In this document: in pieces, positions 30,159-38,041 of the stretch
How positions within the stretch are numbered: position 1 is the first letter of the stretch
Layout of the letters: every line of letters begins with the position of its first letter
NCBI GenBank assembly: GCA_041752275.1
Contig: JBGSHK010000009.1
Span: 19,156 to 83,155 of the forward strand
Reading direction: 5' to 3'
Length of the DNA stretch: 64,000 nt
From: Minisyncoccia bacterium
Lineage (GTDB): Bacteria > Patescibacteriota > Minisyncoccia > Phycocordibacterales > CAIZLB01
Translations under genes and position numbers: made by a program
The notes under the pieces: generated by a model
Seen by the model: the letters and a program-made list of their open reading frames with translations, nothing else
What the model was told of the DNA's origin: nothing
Databases searched by the model: none

Positions 30159-31724
30159 ATGTCAAATCTTACAAAAAAACAAAAAGAAACTTTCGACTAT
30201 ATAACTAAGTATATAGATAAAAATAGTGTATCCCCTACTATGGAAGAGATTAAGAAAGGTCTTAAACTCAGTGCTGTTTCTACCGTACATGAACACATTC
30301 AATCCCTCAAGGAAAAAGGTTTTCTTTCTAAGACCAAAAGTCTTTCACCTAAAAAAGAAATAAAATCCATACTGAGCATTCCTATCATAGGTACCATAGC
30401 AGCTGGTTATCCAATTGAAGCTATAGAAAATGGCACTGATAATGTTTCAGTTGTAAACAGCTCTATAAAAAATCCAAAAGATTATTATGCCCTTAAAGTT
30501 ACTGGAGAAAGTATGATTGATGAAGGTATATTTGATGGAGATATAGTAGTGATAAAAAAACAATCTGTTGCTGAAAACGGTCAAACTGTTGTAGCTATTA
30601 TAGATAATAACGAAGCAACTCTTAAAAAGATATATAGAGATAAAAACAGATTTCGCCTTGAACCCAGAAATCAAACAATGCTTCCGTTTTATAGAAAAGA
30701 AGTTGAGATAAGAGGTGTAGTTGTTCAAGTTATAAGAAATATAAATCAAGAGGAAAAGAAGATTACAAAAACTAAAACAAAACATGGTTTTGATACCATA
30801 GACTTATTTGCAGGAGTTGGTGGTATACGTTTAGGTTTCGAAAATGCTGGGTTTAAAACAGTATTTGCAAATGATTTTGAAGCTAAATGTAAAGACACAT
30901 ACGATTTAAACTTTAAAGATTCAAAACTTGTAGTAGAAGATATTAGAAAAGTTGGAATAGATGATTTACCAAATTTTGATTTCTTGCTAGGAGGCTTCCC
31001 TTGCCAGGCATTTTCTATAGCTGGTCATAGACAAGGCTTCAAGGATGAGAAGGGTCGTGGTAACCTGTTTTTTGACGTTGCGAGAATTATAGAAGCAAGA
31101 AAACCAGAAGGATTTTTATTAGAAAATGTTAAAAATCTTAAAAGCCATGACGAAGGTAGAACATTTAAAATAATCATTAAAACTCTTGAAGATCTTGGAT
31201 ATCATATAAAATCAAAAGTTTTAAATAGTATGGAATATGGAAACATTCCACAAAACAGAGAGCGTATATATATTGTCGGTTTTAAAAATAAAGATTATTA
31301 TGACAAATTTGAATTCCCTGCTCCTGTAAAATTAACAGTTAAGATTACAGATTTATTAGAAAAGAATGTTGATCAAAAATATTATTATAATGACAAACCT
31401 TTATATGAAAGAATAAAGGATTCTGTAAAAGACATAGGAAAAGTATATCAGTGGCGTAGACAATACGTAAGAGAAAACAAAAGTGGAGTATGCCCTACAT
31501 TAACAGCCAATATGGGTATGGGTGGACACAATGTTCCAATAATAAAAGATAAGAAGGGTATACGAAAATTAACACCAACTGAATGTGCAAGGATACAAGG
31601 TTTTCCTATTGATTATAAGTTACCTAAGATAGCTGATTCTGCGTTGTATAAGCAGTTTGGAAACTCAGTGAGCGTGCCTGTTATTAAAGCTGTTGCTAAG
31701 CAGATGATGAAGGTGATGAACTAG
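30159..31724 (+). CDS. Fusion protein: full-length LexA-like repressor (wHTH plus S24 autopeptidase) fused in frame to a C5 cytosine DNA methyltransferase
   Basis: N-terminus LTKKQKETFDYITKYIDKNSVSPTMEEIKKGLKLSAVSTVHEHIQSLKEKGFL matches the LexA DNA-binding domain. The LexA protease catalytic region is present: GESMIDEGIFDGDIVVI...NGQTVVAIIDNNEATLKKIYR (Ser in GESM, Lys in TLKK) ending ...VIRNI. A Lys/Thr-rich linker NQEEKKITKTKTK follows. MTase motifs are then I DLFAGVGG, IV GFPCQAFS, VI LLENVKNL and X QFGNSVSVPV. Confidence 0.8.
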   Translation: MSNLTKKQKETFDYITKYIDKNSVSPTMEEIKKGLKLSAVSTVHEHIQSLKEKGFLSKTKSLSPKKEIKSILSIPIIGTIAAGYPIEAIENGTDNVSVVNSSIKNPKDYYALKVTGESMIDEGIFDGDIVVIKKQSVAENGQTVVAIIDNNEATLKKIYRDKNRFRLEPRNQTMLPFYRKEVEIRGVVVQVIRNINQEEKKITKTKTKHGFDTIDLFAGVGGIRLGFENAGFKTVFANDFEAKCKDTYDLNFKDSKLVVEDIRKVGIDDLPNFDFLLGGFPCQAFSIAGHRQGFKDEKGRGNLFFDVARIIEARKPEGFLLENVKNLKSHDEGRTFKIIIKTLEDLGYHIKSKVLNSMEYGNIPQNRERIYIVGFKNKDYYDKFEFPAPVKLTVKITDLLEKNVDQKYYYNDKPLYERIKDSVKDIGKVYQWRRQYVRENKSGVCPTLTANMGMGGHNVPIIKDKKGIRKLTPTECARIQGFPIDYKLPKIADSALYKQFGNSVSVPVIKAVAKQMMKVMN

Positions 31725-31726
31725 AA

Positions 31727-32296
31727 TTACCAAAGCTTAACTTTTGAAGCTAGTGGTTTTATATTATGTTTTATTATTATATCTTTTTTTATAGAAAATC
31801 TAGGTCTTCTTTTATCACCTTGCTGATCTTTCATTGCTTGTGATTTATTAACTTTATTTCCATAAATTAAATCATTTGGTATTAAATAAATATCAAATTT
31901 ACCATCAACTTTACCTTCGTTATAAAAATCAAGAAAATATAAATCATCCCATTTAGATTTTGGGCCAAATGAAGTTAAATCTTCTTCTACGCTACAAGCT
32001 TTTATTTGCTCAGCTCTCATTTTTTTAACATTAACTGTATCAAATGAAGTATTTGATAACTTTTTAGCTTTTAAAAGTCTAGCTGATGAACCTTCAGACC
32101 ATATACAAAAAGCTGCTTCTGATAAACCTTCGGGAAAATTAGGTTCTCTGGCTTTATAATCTCTCATACCCATTTTTAAATCTCTCCATTTATCAAACAT
32201 AAACTTCCAGGTTTTACCATCAGATTTTATAAACTCCATAACACTTAAAACACAGTCTTGGTTAAATATTTTAGCTTCTATTGTGTTTATTCGCAT
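31727..32296 (-). CDS. Putative type II restriction endonuclease partner of the adjacent methyltransferase
   Basis: 189-aa ORF tail-to-tail with the MTase, stops 3 bp apart. Possible PD-(D/E)xK-like segment WDDLYFLDFYNEGK. Assignment is by context only. Confidence 0.3.
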   Translation of the reverse strand: MRINTIEAKIFNQDCVLSVMEFIKSDGKTWKFMFDKWRDLKMGMRDYKAREPNFPEGLSEAAFCIWSEGSSARLLKAKKLSNTSFDTVNVKKMRAEQIKACSVEEDLTSFGPKSKWDDLYFLDFYNEGKVDGKFDIYLIPNDLIYGNKVNKSQAMKDQQGDKRRPRFSIKKDIIIKHNIKPLASKVKLW

Positions 32297-32338
32297 ATAA
32301 AAAATATATTACCACAATATAGAATTTTTACACATTTA

Positions 32339-33364
32339 TTAAAATTCCCCTGAAACTGTTTTAGTATTAGGCATATATATACTCAACCTATCCTCTTCGT
32401 TAAATAAATCAAATAAAAAGTTCAACATATCACTTACGCCCTTAAACGCTTTCATTGCTTCTTTATATGAATATTTTATATTTTTACCGTGTGCAACATC
32501 GTTTCTATACTCTCTTGAAAAATTAGACCAGTTATTATATTTTTGTTTAAAATCATTATTATTATCAATATTGATAGTAAACTCCTCTTTTATGATATTC
32601 CTAAGAAAAGAAGTTATACTAAGAGGGTACCCTTTTTTGTCTTCAAACTTTTTATCAATTTTATCAGAAGATAAACCTTTATTTTCAAAATATTTTCTAA
32701 TCATTTGAGCATATTTTGCCTCAAATAAAATCTCGATTAATAAAATAGCAATATTGTAATCTTCGGTCATTAAGTATCTAGAAGCAGAGAAAGAAAGAGT
32801 TTGTAAATCATCTACTTTATTTTCATTTAAAATTAACTTTCTTAATAGTTCATCCTTTTCTTTGTCAATATTTGACCCTAATCCCTTTCCTGTACCCAGA
32901 GTTCCTTGAGTAAAAGGGTCTTGATTACCCTCCTGATCAATACCTATAAAAGTAAAATGTGCTACGTGCGCATCTGTTAATGGAAATATCCAAAATGAAC
33001 CCATCACCAAGGCATAATTTTTAACAAATTGATTAAAGGCTTTTAAGGTAAATTCTTTTATTATTTCTATATTATTTCTAAAGTTTTCAATATTATATTT
33101 ATTTATAAATTGACTATCAAACCATATCTGAATAATACTATTATTTAATCTACCAAACATATCTTCAGTTGCAATCATGACACCACCCAAGTCTTTTAAT
33201 TTCTTTTCAGATCTAATCATCACATGAATATCTTCTATTAAAAATACATAATCTTTATATTCGCCAGTGACAGACTCTTTCTTCATTGAATCAGGTAACA
33301 TAAGAACATAAGGGATTTCAAATTGAACTATTATATTTTTTAGACCTATTTGAGCGCACGACAT
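32339..33364 (-). CDS. Hypothetical protein (island cargo adjacent to tRNA)
   Basis: 341-aa ORF whose annotated start overlaps the tRNA 3' end by 2 nt; no recognisable motif. Confidence 0.4.
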   Translation of the reverse strand: MSCAQIGLKNIIVQFEIPYVLMLPDSMKKESVTGEYKDYVFLIEDIHVMIRSEKKLKDLGGVMIATEDMFGRLNNSIIQIWFDSQFINKYNIENFRNNIEIIKEFTLKAFNQFVKNYALVMGSFWIFPLTDAHVAHFTFIGIDQEGNQDPFTQGTLGTGKGLGSNIDKEKDELLRKLILNENKVDDLQTLSFSASRYLMTEDYNIAILLIEILFEAKYAQMIRKYFENKGLSSDKIDKKFEDKKGYPLSITSFLRNIIKEEFTINIDNNNDFKQKYNNWSNFSREYRNDVAHGKNIKYSYKEAMKAFKGVSDMLNFLFDLFNEEDRLSIYMPNTKTVSGEF

Positions 33365-33437
33365 GGTGACCTCACGGAGAATCGAACTCCGATTAACAGA
33401 TTGAGAACCTGTTGTCCTAACCGTTAGACGATGAGGC
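33363..33437 (-). tRNA. tRNA-Glu (anticodon CTC)
   Basis: Minus-strand sequence GGCCTCATCGTCTAACGGTTAGGACAACAGGTTCTCAATCTGTTAATCGGAGTTCGATTCTCCGTGAGGTCACCA folds as a cloverleaf with acceptor GGCCTCA/TGAGGTC, T-arm CGGAG-TTCGATT-CTCCG, anticodon loop TTCTCAA and encoded CCA. Confidence 0.7.
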
Positions 33438-33524
33438 CATACAAAGAATATATCACAAGATTAACAATAAAAAAAGCGCATCAACCCGACAAGGTCAACA
33501 CACTCTATTTTTCGAATCAATCCA

Positions 33525-34214
33525 CTATTTCAACAAAAACCGGAGCGTCGACACAACCCTTATCTTCTTAAACTCAGGGGACCCTGGATCTTTCTCTGAT
33601 ATATCAAACACACCCTGATTCCCTCTTGTCACAGCACCCAAAGAGGCCCCTGACTCTGTAGCAAAGTTTCTAGCTGTATCTTTTGCATTTTTAATACTTT
33701 CACTAAGCATCTCTGGCTTCACACTGTTTATATCTGAAAACTCAAAGTTTATAGAGTTCCCACTTAAAGTCACACCTCTTTTAACCAAAGCTAAAGTTTC
33801 TTTTGAGGTAGACTTAACTAGATCAACTTTGTTTGTATAAACAGACATTTGATTTGTAGAGTTATATCTAAAAGCGGCATCTCTATATGTATCTTGATAA
33901 ATATTTATCGGTGCTATATTTATCTCACTTTCTTCAAAACCTTTTTCTTTTAAGAAATTTTTAATAGTTGTAGTATTACGCTCTATATCAGCATATAAAC
34001 TATCGATATCATTTGACTTAATATCAAAGTTTAGATTCCAGATAGCAACATCAGCTTTAACTATTTTTTCTGACAATCCTTTCACTTCTACATAAGCACC
34101 TTGATCAGAAAATGATCTGGCCGAGATGAGAAATATTAAAGAAAATATCAAGACGGCTGCGGCTGCTATTATTCCTATTTGTAATGTAGTGTTGTTTTTG
34201 ATTTTTTCTAACAT
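33525..34214 (-). CDS. SIMPL/DUF541 (BP26-like) periplasmic protein
   Basis: N-terminal TM anchor, then a region typical of the SIMPL domain (VKADVAIWNLNFDIKSND...VSTLRFLLK); 229 aa. Confidence 0.55.
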   Translation of the reverse strand: MLEKIKNNTTLQIGIIAAAAVLIFSLIFLISARSFSDQGAYVEVKGLSEKIVKADVAIWNLNFDIKSNDIDSLYADIERNTTTIKNFLKEKGFEESEINIAPINIYQDTYRDAAFRYNSTNQMSVYTNKVDLVKSTSKETLALVKRGVTLSGNSINFEFSDINSVKPEMLSESIKNAKDTARNFATESGASLGAVTRGNQGVFDISEKDPGSPEFKKIRVVSTLRFLLK

Positions 34215-34454
34215 GTATTAAGTATAGCACCTATTGATTTACAATATGCAGATCTTTATAAACATAAAACACCTCATAGAATGAGATGTTTTACTACCTG
34301 GATGGACGGTATCAACCTTAATAAGGTTCGAGTTCCATCATAAGACCTGCCGTGGCGCACCGATCGTCTCAAAATATATTCTATAGATAAACATTTTCCA
34401 CTGTTCAGATATGTATATATAATATCAAATATACTTTCAATGTCAAACTAGGTC

Positions 34455-35195
34455 CTACTTATAAAAAATCTTATCACCAAATCTCACATCAACATATTCT
34501 AACTTACCCTCACCTCCTTTATACTCAGCTTTAAACAAAGCAACATTTCTCATAGTTGTAGTCGCATTGTTCAAAGCTTTTATATAATACCCATACTCTG
34601 TAAACATACGCAGATCTTCACCTTCCATAACCACTTTCATAACTTTGTTCTGTGTTAAAAAACTCACAAAAGTTTTATCTATACATGTATCTACACAAAG
34701 TGCTTTATCATAAAAGTTTAAAGGTGTACTTGAAGCAATTTCCCACTTAGTAAAAACTGCTCCGGTGTAGTCAAAACTTTTTTTGAAAATAGTCCCTTCG
34801 TCATCAAAGAAATAACACAACTCATCACACCAAACACCTGTCGCCATTCTATCTTTTATGGAAATAACAACGTCCATATCTTTGGTCTTACTAACATCTA
34901 CAAACTCTACCGATGGATAGGTTTCAAGTATGTGACGTTCTATCTGTCTCTTCGATAAAAATATTATATGATTATTTGGAATAATCAAAAACTTTTTAGT
35001 TTGAGTTATGTTATATATATCTGTTTTTACTGCTTCTATATCTGTATGTTTTGCATCTATTATCTCAATATTGTTTATTTTCCAAAATACTCCATAAACG
35101 AACCACCAAAGAAAAGCTAAAAATGCTATCAATGAAATAATTGATATTATTTTTGCAAAAAAGTTTTTCTTTTTATTTGATGATTTCAATACCAT
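34455..35195 (-). CDS. Membrane-anchored protein, possibly FtsQ/DivIB-like
   Basis: Single N-terminal TM (IISIISLIAFLAFLWWFVYGVFW) plus an ~200-aa extracytoplasmic domain. The start overlaps the serS end by 23 nt. Confidence 0.3.
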   Translation of the reverse strand: MVLKSSNKKKNFFAKIISIISLIAFLAFLWWFVYGVFWKINNIEIIDAKHTDIEAVKTDIYNITQTKKFLIIPNNHIIFLSKRQIERHILETYPSVEFVDVSKTKDMDVVISIKDRMATGVWCDELCYFFDDEGTIFKKSFDYTGAVFTKWEIASSTPLNFYDKALCVDTCIDKTFVSFLTQNKVMKVVMEGEDLRMFTEYGYYIKALNNATTTMRNVALFKAEYKGGEGKLEYVDVRFGDKIFYK

Positions 35196-36447
35196 TCATG
35201 TAAGGTCTTAAAACTGCAGGAATCACTATTGATCCATCTTCTTGTTGAAAATTTTCTAATATGTTTACCAAAACTCTAGGTGTTGCTATAGCTGTGTTGT
35301 TAAGAGAGTGAGCAAATCTAAGTTTACCTTCGTCATCTTTGTATCTGATGTTAAGTCTTCTTGTTTGAAAATCATGAAAATATGATGCAGAGTGAGTTTC
35401 TCTATATGTGTTCTGACTTGGTACCCAAGCTTCTATGTCATATTTTTTAACATGACCTAAACCTATGTCAGCCGTACACATAAGTATAACTCTATATGGT
35501 ATCTCAAGTGATTGCATAAGATCTTCTGTATTTTTCAAAAGCTCTTCATGAAAGTTTACAGACGCTTCATGACTAGCCTCACAAAGTATAACTTGCTCCA
35601 CTTTATAAAACTCATGAACACGTATAAGACCTTTTGTATCACGACTATGACTTCCCGCCTCACGACGAAAACATGGTGACCATGCAACCATCTTTTTTGG
35701 TAAATCTTTTTTATCTAACACTTCACCAGAATAATAACTCATAGTCGCCACCTCTCCTGTACCTGCAAAATATTGATCATCTTGTGTTCTATACAAATCA
35801 TCTTCTCCTTGTGGAAGATAACCTGAACCTAAAAGTGTCTCTCTTTTTACAAGAGATGGAACAAGCATAGGATCATATCCTCTATTTATCAAAAAGTTCA
35901 TAGTATATTGCCACAAAGCCATCTCTAGTTGTGCACCAGCGCCTTTCAAAACATAACCTCTAAAACCTGATATCTTTGTACCCCTTTCAAAGTCAGCCAA
36001 ACCTTTTTCTTCACATATTTCTATATGATTTTTTATAGGAAATGAAAAACTCGGTACTTCACCCCATGTTCTTAACTCTTGATTATCATTTTCACTTTCA
36101 CCTTCAGGTACAGACATGTCTGGAATGTTTGGAACTTGTAACATAAGTTCATGCCAGGCTTTCATAACTTCACCCAACCCCTCTTCTTCAGCTTTGATTT
36201 CATTTTTTAAAACAGTCATTTTTTGCATTAAATCCTCCTTTTGATAGTTTGAACCCAAATGTTGTGGATTTGCTATAAAAAGACCATATTTGTTTTGCTC
36301 AGCTTTCTTGGCTTCTATGCTGGCCATAATAGTTTTTCTTTTATCATCAACCTCAACCAAAGACTCAACATCGAAAGAAATCCTCTTTTTTCTAGCTGCT
36401 TCCTTTATAAAATCTTTATGCTCTCTGATAAATTTGATGTCTAACAT
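35173..36447 (-). CDS. serS: Seryl-tRNA synthetase
   Basis: N-terminal coiled-coil arm (MLDIKFIREHKDFIKEAARKK) and class II core motifs; 424 aa. Confidence 0.92.
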   Translation of the reverse strand: MLDIKFIREHKDFIKEAARKKRISFDVESLVEVDDKRKTIMASIEAKKAEQNKYGLFIANPQHLGSNYQKEDLMQKMTVLKNEIKAEEEGLGEVMKAWHELMLQVPNIPDMSVPEGESENDNQELRTWGEVPSFSFPIKNHIEICEEKGLADFERGTKISGFRGYVLKGAGAQLEMALWQYTMNFLINRGYDPMLVPSLVKRETLLGSGYLPQGEDDLYRTQDDQYFAGTGEVATMSYYSGEVLDKKDLPKKMVAWSPCFRREAGSHSRDTKGLIRVHEFYKVEQVILCEASHEASVNFHEELLKNTEDLMQSLEIPYRVILMCTADIGLGHVKKYDIEAWVPSQNTYRETHSASYFHDFQTRRLNIRYKDDEGKLRFAHSLNNTAIATPRVLVNILENFQQEDGSIVIPAVLRPYMNGIEIIK

Positions 36448-36531
36448 GTTTTTGTTTTTTATTTTTTCTTGATATATTTTTTATAACTTCTTTATAAAAA
36501 TATCATATCATAAAAGCTATGATATTTCTAT

Positions 36532-37218
36532 ATGAAAACAAATAGCATAACAAAATTTAACAAACTGATAGACAACATACCAGACAAGCCTAAGGAGCTT
36601 TTCTATGAGGGTAACATTGATTTACTGGGTGGAAATCACCTTTATCTATGCATTGTAGGTCCAAGAAAAGCTACGCCATATGGTATGCAAGCCACTGAGC
36701 ATATTATGGAGTTTTTAAAAGACTTCAACGTAGTTACAGTTTCCGGTGCCGCTTATGGCATAGATGGATTAGTTCATACTCTGTCAATAAAGCATGGTAT
36801 CAAAACCATATGTATACCTGGTAGTGGTATAAGTGACGACTTTTTCTATCCAAGGGTACACCTTGATCTTAAACATGAGATCTTGGATCACGGAGGACTT
36901 ATCATAAATGAGTTTGAACCTGAGACGCGTGCCAGTCCTTGGACTTTTCCAGTTCGCAATCGTCTCATGGCTGGAATGTCACATATGACTATAGTTGTAG
37001 AAGCGGAAGAAAGGTCGGGTACTCTTATAACCGCAAACTTGGCAGCTGACTATAACAGGGACGTTTTAGCTGTGCCTGGAAACATTTTCTCAAGAAATTC
37101 ACAGGGTACAAATGAGCTTATAGATAAGGGAGCGAAGATTTTTGTAAATCTTGAAAGTTTAAGAGAGATGTTGATGCAACTTGGTGTGGTTTATGAGGTG
37201 GTTGTGCATAAGGACTGA
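36532..37218 (+). CDS. dprA: DNA processing protein DprA (Smf), Rossmann domain only
   Basis: LCIVGPRKATPYG...VSGAAYGIDGLVH...GTLITANLAADYNRDVLAVPG; 228 aa short form. Confidence 0.85.
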   Translation: MKTNSITKFNKLIDNIPDKPKELFYEGNIDLLGGNHLYLCIVGPRKATPYGMQATEHIMEFLKDFNVVTVSGAAYGIDGLVHTLSIKHGIKTICIPGSGISDDFFYPRVHLDLKHEILDHGGLIINEFEPETRASPWTFPVRNRLMAGMSHMTIVVEAEERSGTLITANLAADYNRDVLAVPGNIFSRNSQGTNELIDKGAKIFVNLESLREMLMQLGVVYEVVVHKD

Positions 37219-37267
37219 CTTTATCTTTATGATTATCTGTGTTATATTTTTTGAAGTAAAAAACAAC

Positions 37268-37594
37268 ATGAACCTTATGAAATTTGTACGACGCATTATC
37301 GGTGCTTTTGGTTTTTCAACCTTTCATCTTCATAACGTATCCTTATTCAACACATCATCATTGTCTAATGTTATTCCTCCTGAAGTTAGAAGTGGAGATT
37401 TATTGACTGAAGTTGAAAAACAACTCAAGGGAAAAAATTTTTCTTTTCAAATAATAGAGTATAAAAAAAATGATGATGATATTCCTGTATGCATAAAAAC
37501 AAAGAATAACAGAGGATCAGGATACAGACCTCCCAAGCATATAAAACCAACCCGTAATCATGGTCGTCCCCAATCTGGAAGCAGAAAAAGATGA
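37268..37594 (+). CDS. Hypothetical small protein with basic C-terminus (start trimmed from 37181 to an internal ATG)
   Basis: The ORF 37181..37594 overlaps the dprA 3' end; a plausible start is MNLMKFVRR at 37268. The C-terminus is basic: RGSGYRPPKHIKPTRNHGRPQSGSRKR. Confidence 0.3.
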   Translation: MNLMKFVRRIIGAFGFSTFHLHNVSLFNTSSLSNVIPPEVRSGDLLTEVEKQLKGKNFSFQIIEYKKNDDDIPVCIKTKNNRGSGYRPPKHIKPTRNHGRPQSGSRKR

Positions 37595-37721
37595 TGTTGA
37601 CTTTTTTCAAAAAGAGCATACGATTATGGTTACGTGTCTGGCCATAAGACACTATGTTGGTTTGTGATTCAAAAAACTAACCTTCGCTTTAAGGTCGATA
37701 AAGATCTTGAAGGTTGTACCC

Positions 37722-37764
37722 CCGCTCGAGTCCCCGTTGGACTTAAGGAGCGGGTCTTTTTTTT
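37722..37764 (+). terminator. Intrinsic terminator
   Basis: CCCGCTC...(loop)...GAGCGGG followed by T8. Confidence 0.6.
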
Positions 37765-37802
37765 GCTTGGTTTAGGGGGTTTTAGTGACGGTTTAGTGGT
37801 GC

Positions 37803-37830
37803 TTGACATTATTTCAGAGCATGATATGAT
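37803..37830 (+). promoter_or_regulatory. Sigma-70-like promoter (TTGACA-16 nt-TATGAT)
   Basis: cTTGACAttatttcagagcatgaTATGATacat shows near-consensus -35 and -10 elements. Confidence 0.45.
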
Positions 37831-37837
37831 ACATAAG

Positions 37838-37984
37838 TCGGTTTTATAGCAAAACAGAGGCCCTCAAGAACGGCCATATCCCCCGTTCATTACAGCCCGG
37901 CCAACATGACCTAAAACCAAACCTAAACCCCTCTTCATTGTGGGTATCACCCCTTCCGACTTGTTCGGTCGGGGTGCTTTTTTT
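37838..37984 (+). ncRNA. Candidate ~145-nt small RNA or leader between a consensus promoter and a strong terminator, upstream of topA
   Basis: GC-rich for this genome, with hairpins GGCC..GGCC. Terminator CACCCC-tt-CCGAC-ttgttcg-GTCGG-GGTG plus T7 at 37948-37984. No plausible ORF. Confidence 0.3.
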
Positions 37985-38041
37985 ATCCCCAAGTTGTCTA
38001 TAATTTGCTTTGCTCTATATATATATGTTATCACTATATGC

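Noticed and set aside
34270-34370. T-loop-like motif GGTTCGAGTTCC in a GC-rich intergenic patch. I considered a tRNA, tmRNA 3' domain or degraded tRNA.
   Set aside because: No 5-bp T-stem can be formed around the loop (TAAGG versus TCCAT do not pair). No acceptor stem or CCA follows. No cloverleaf could be built on either strand.
37940-38041. N-terminal 34-codon extension of the topA ORF (MGITPSDLF...), and the overlapping ORF 37634..37849.
   Set aside because: The extension runs through an intrinsic terminator and a GC-rich structured region. The conserved Toprim start MSKHLVIVESPSKI begins at 38042. The extension arises from upstream read-through to an ATG.
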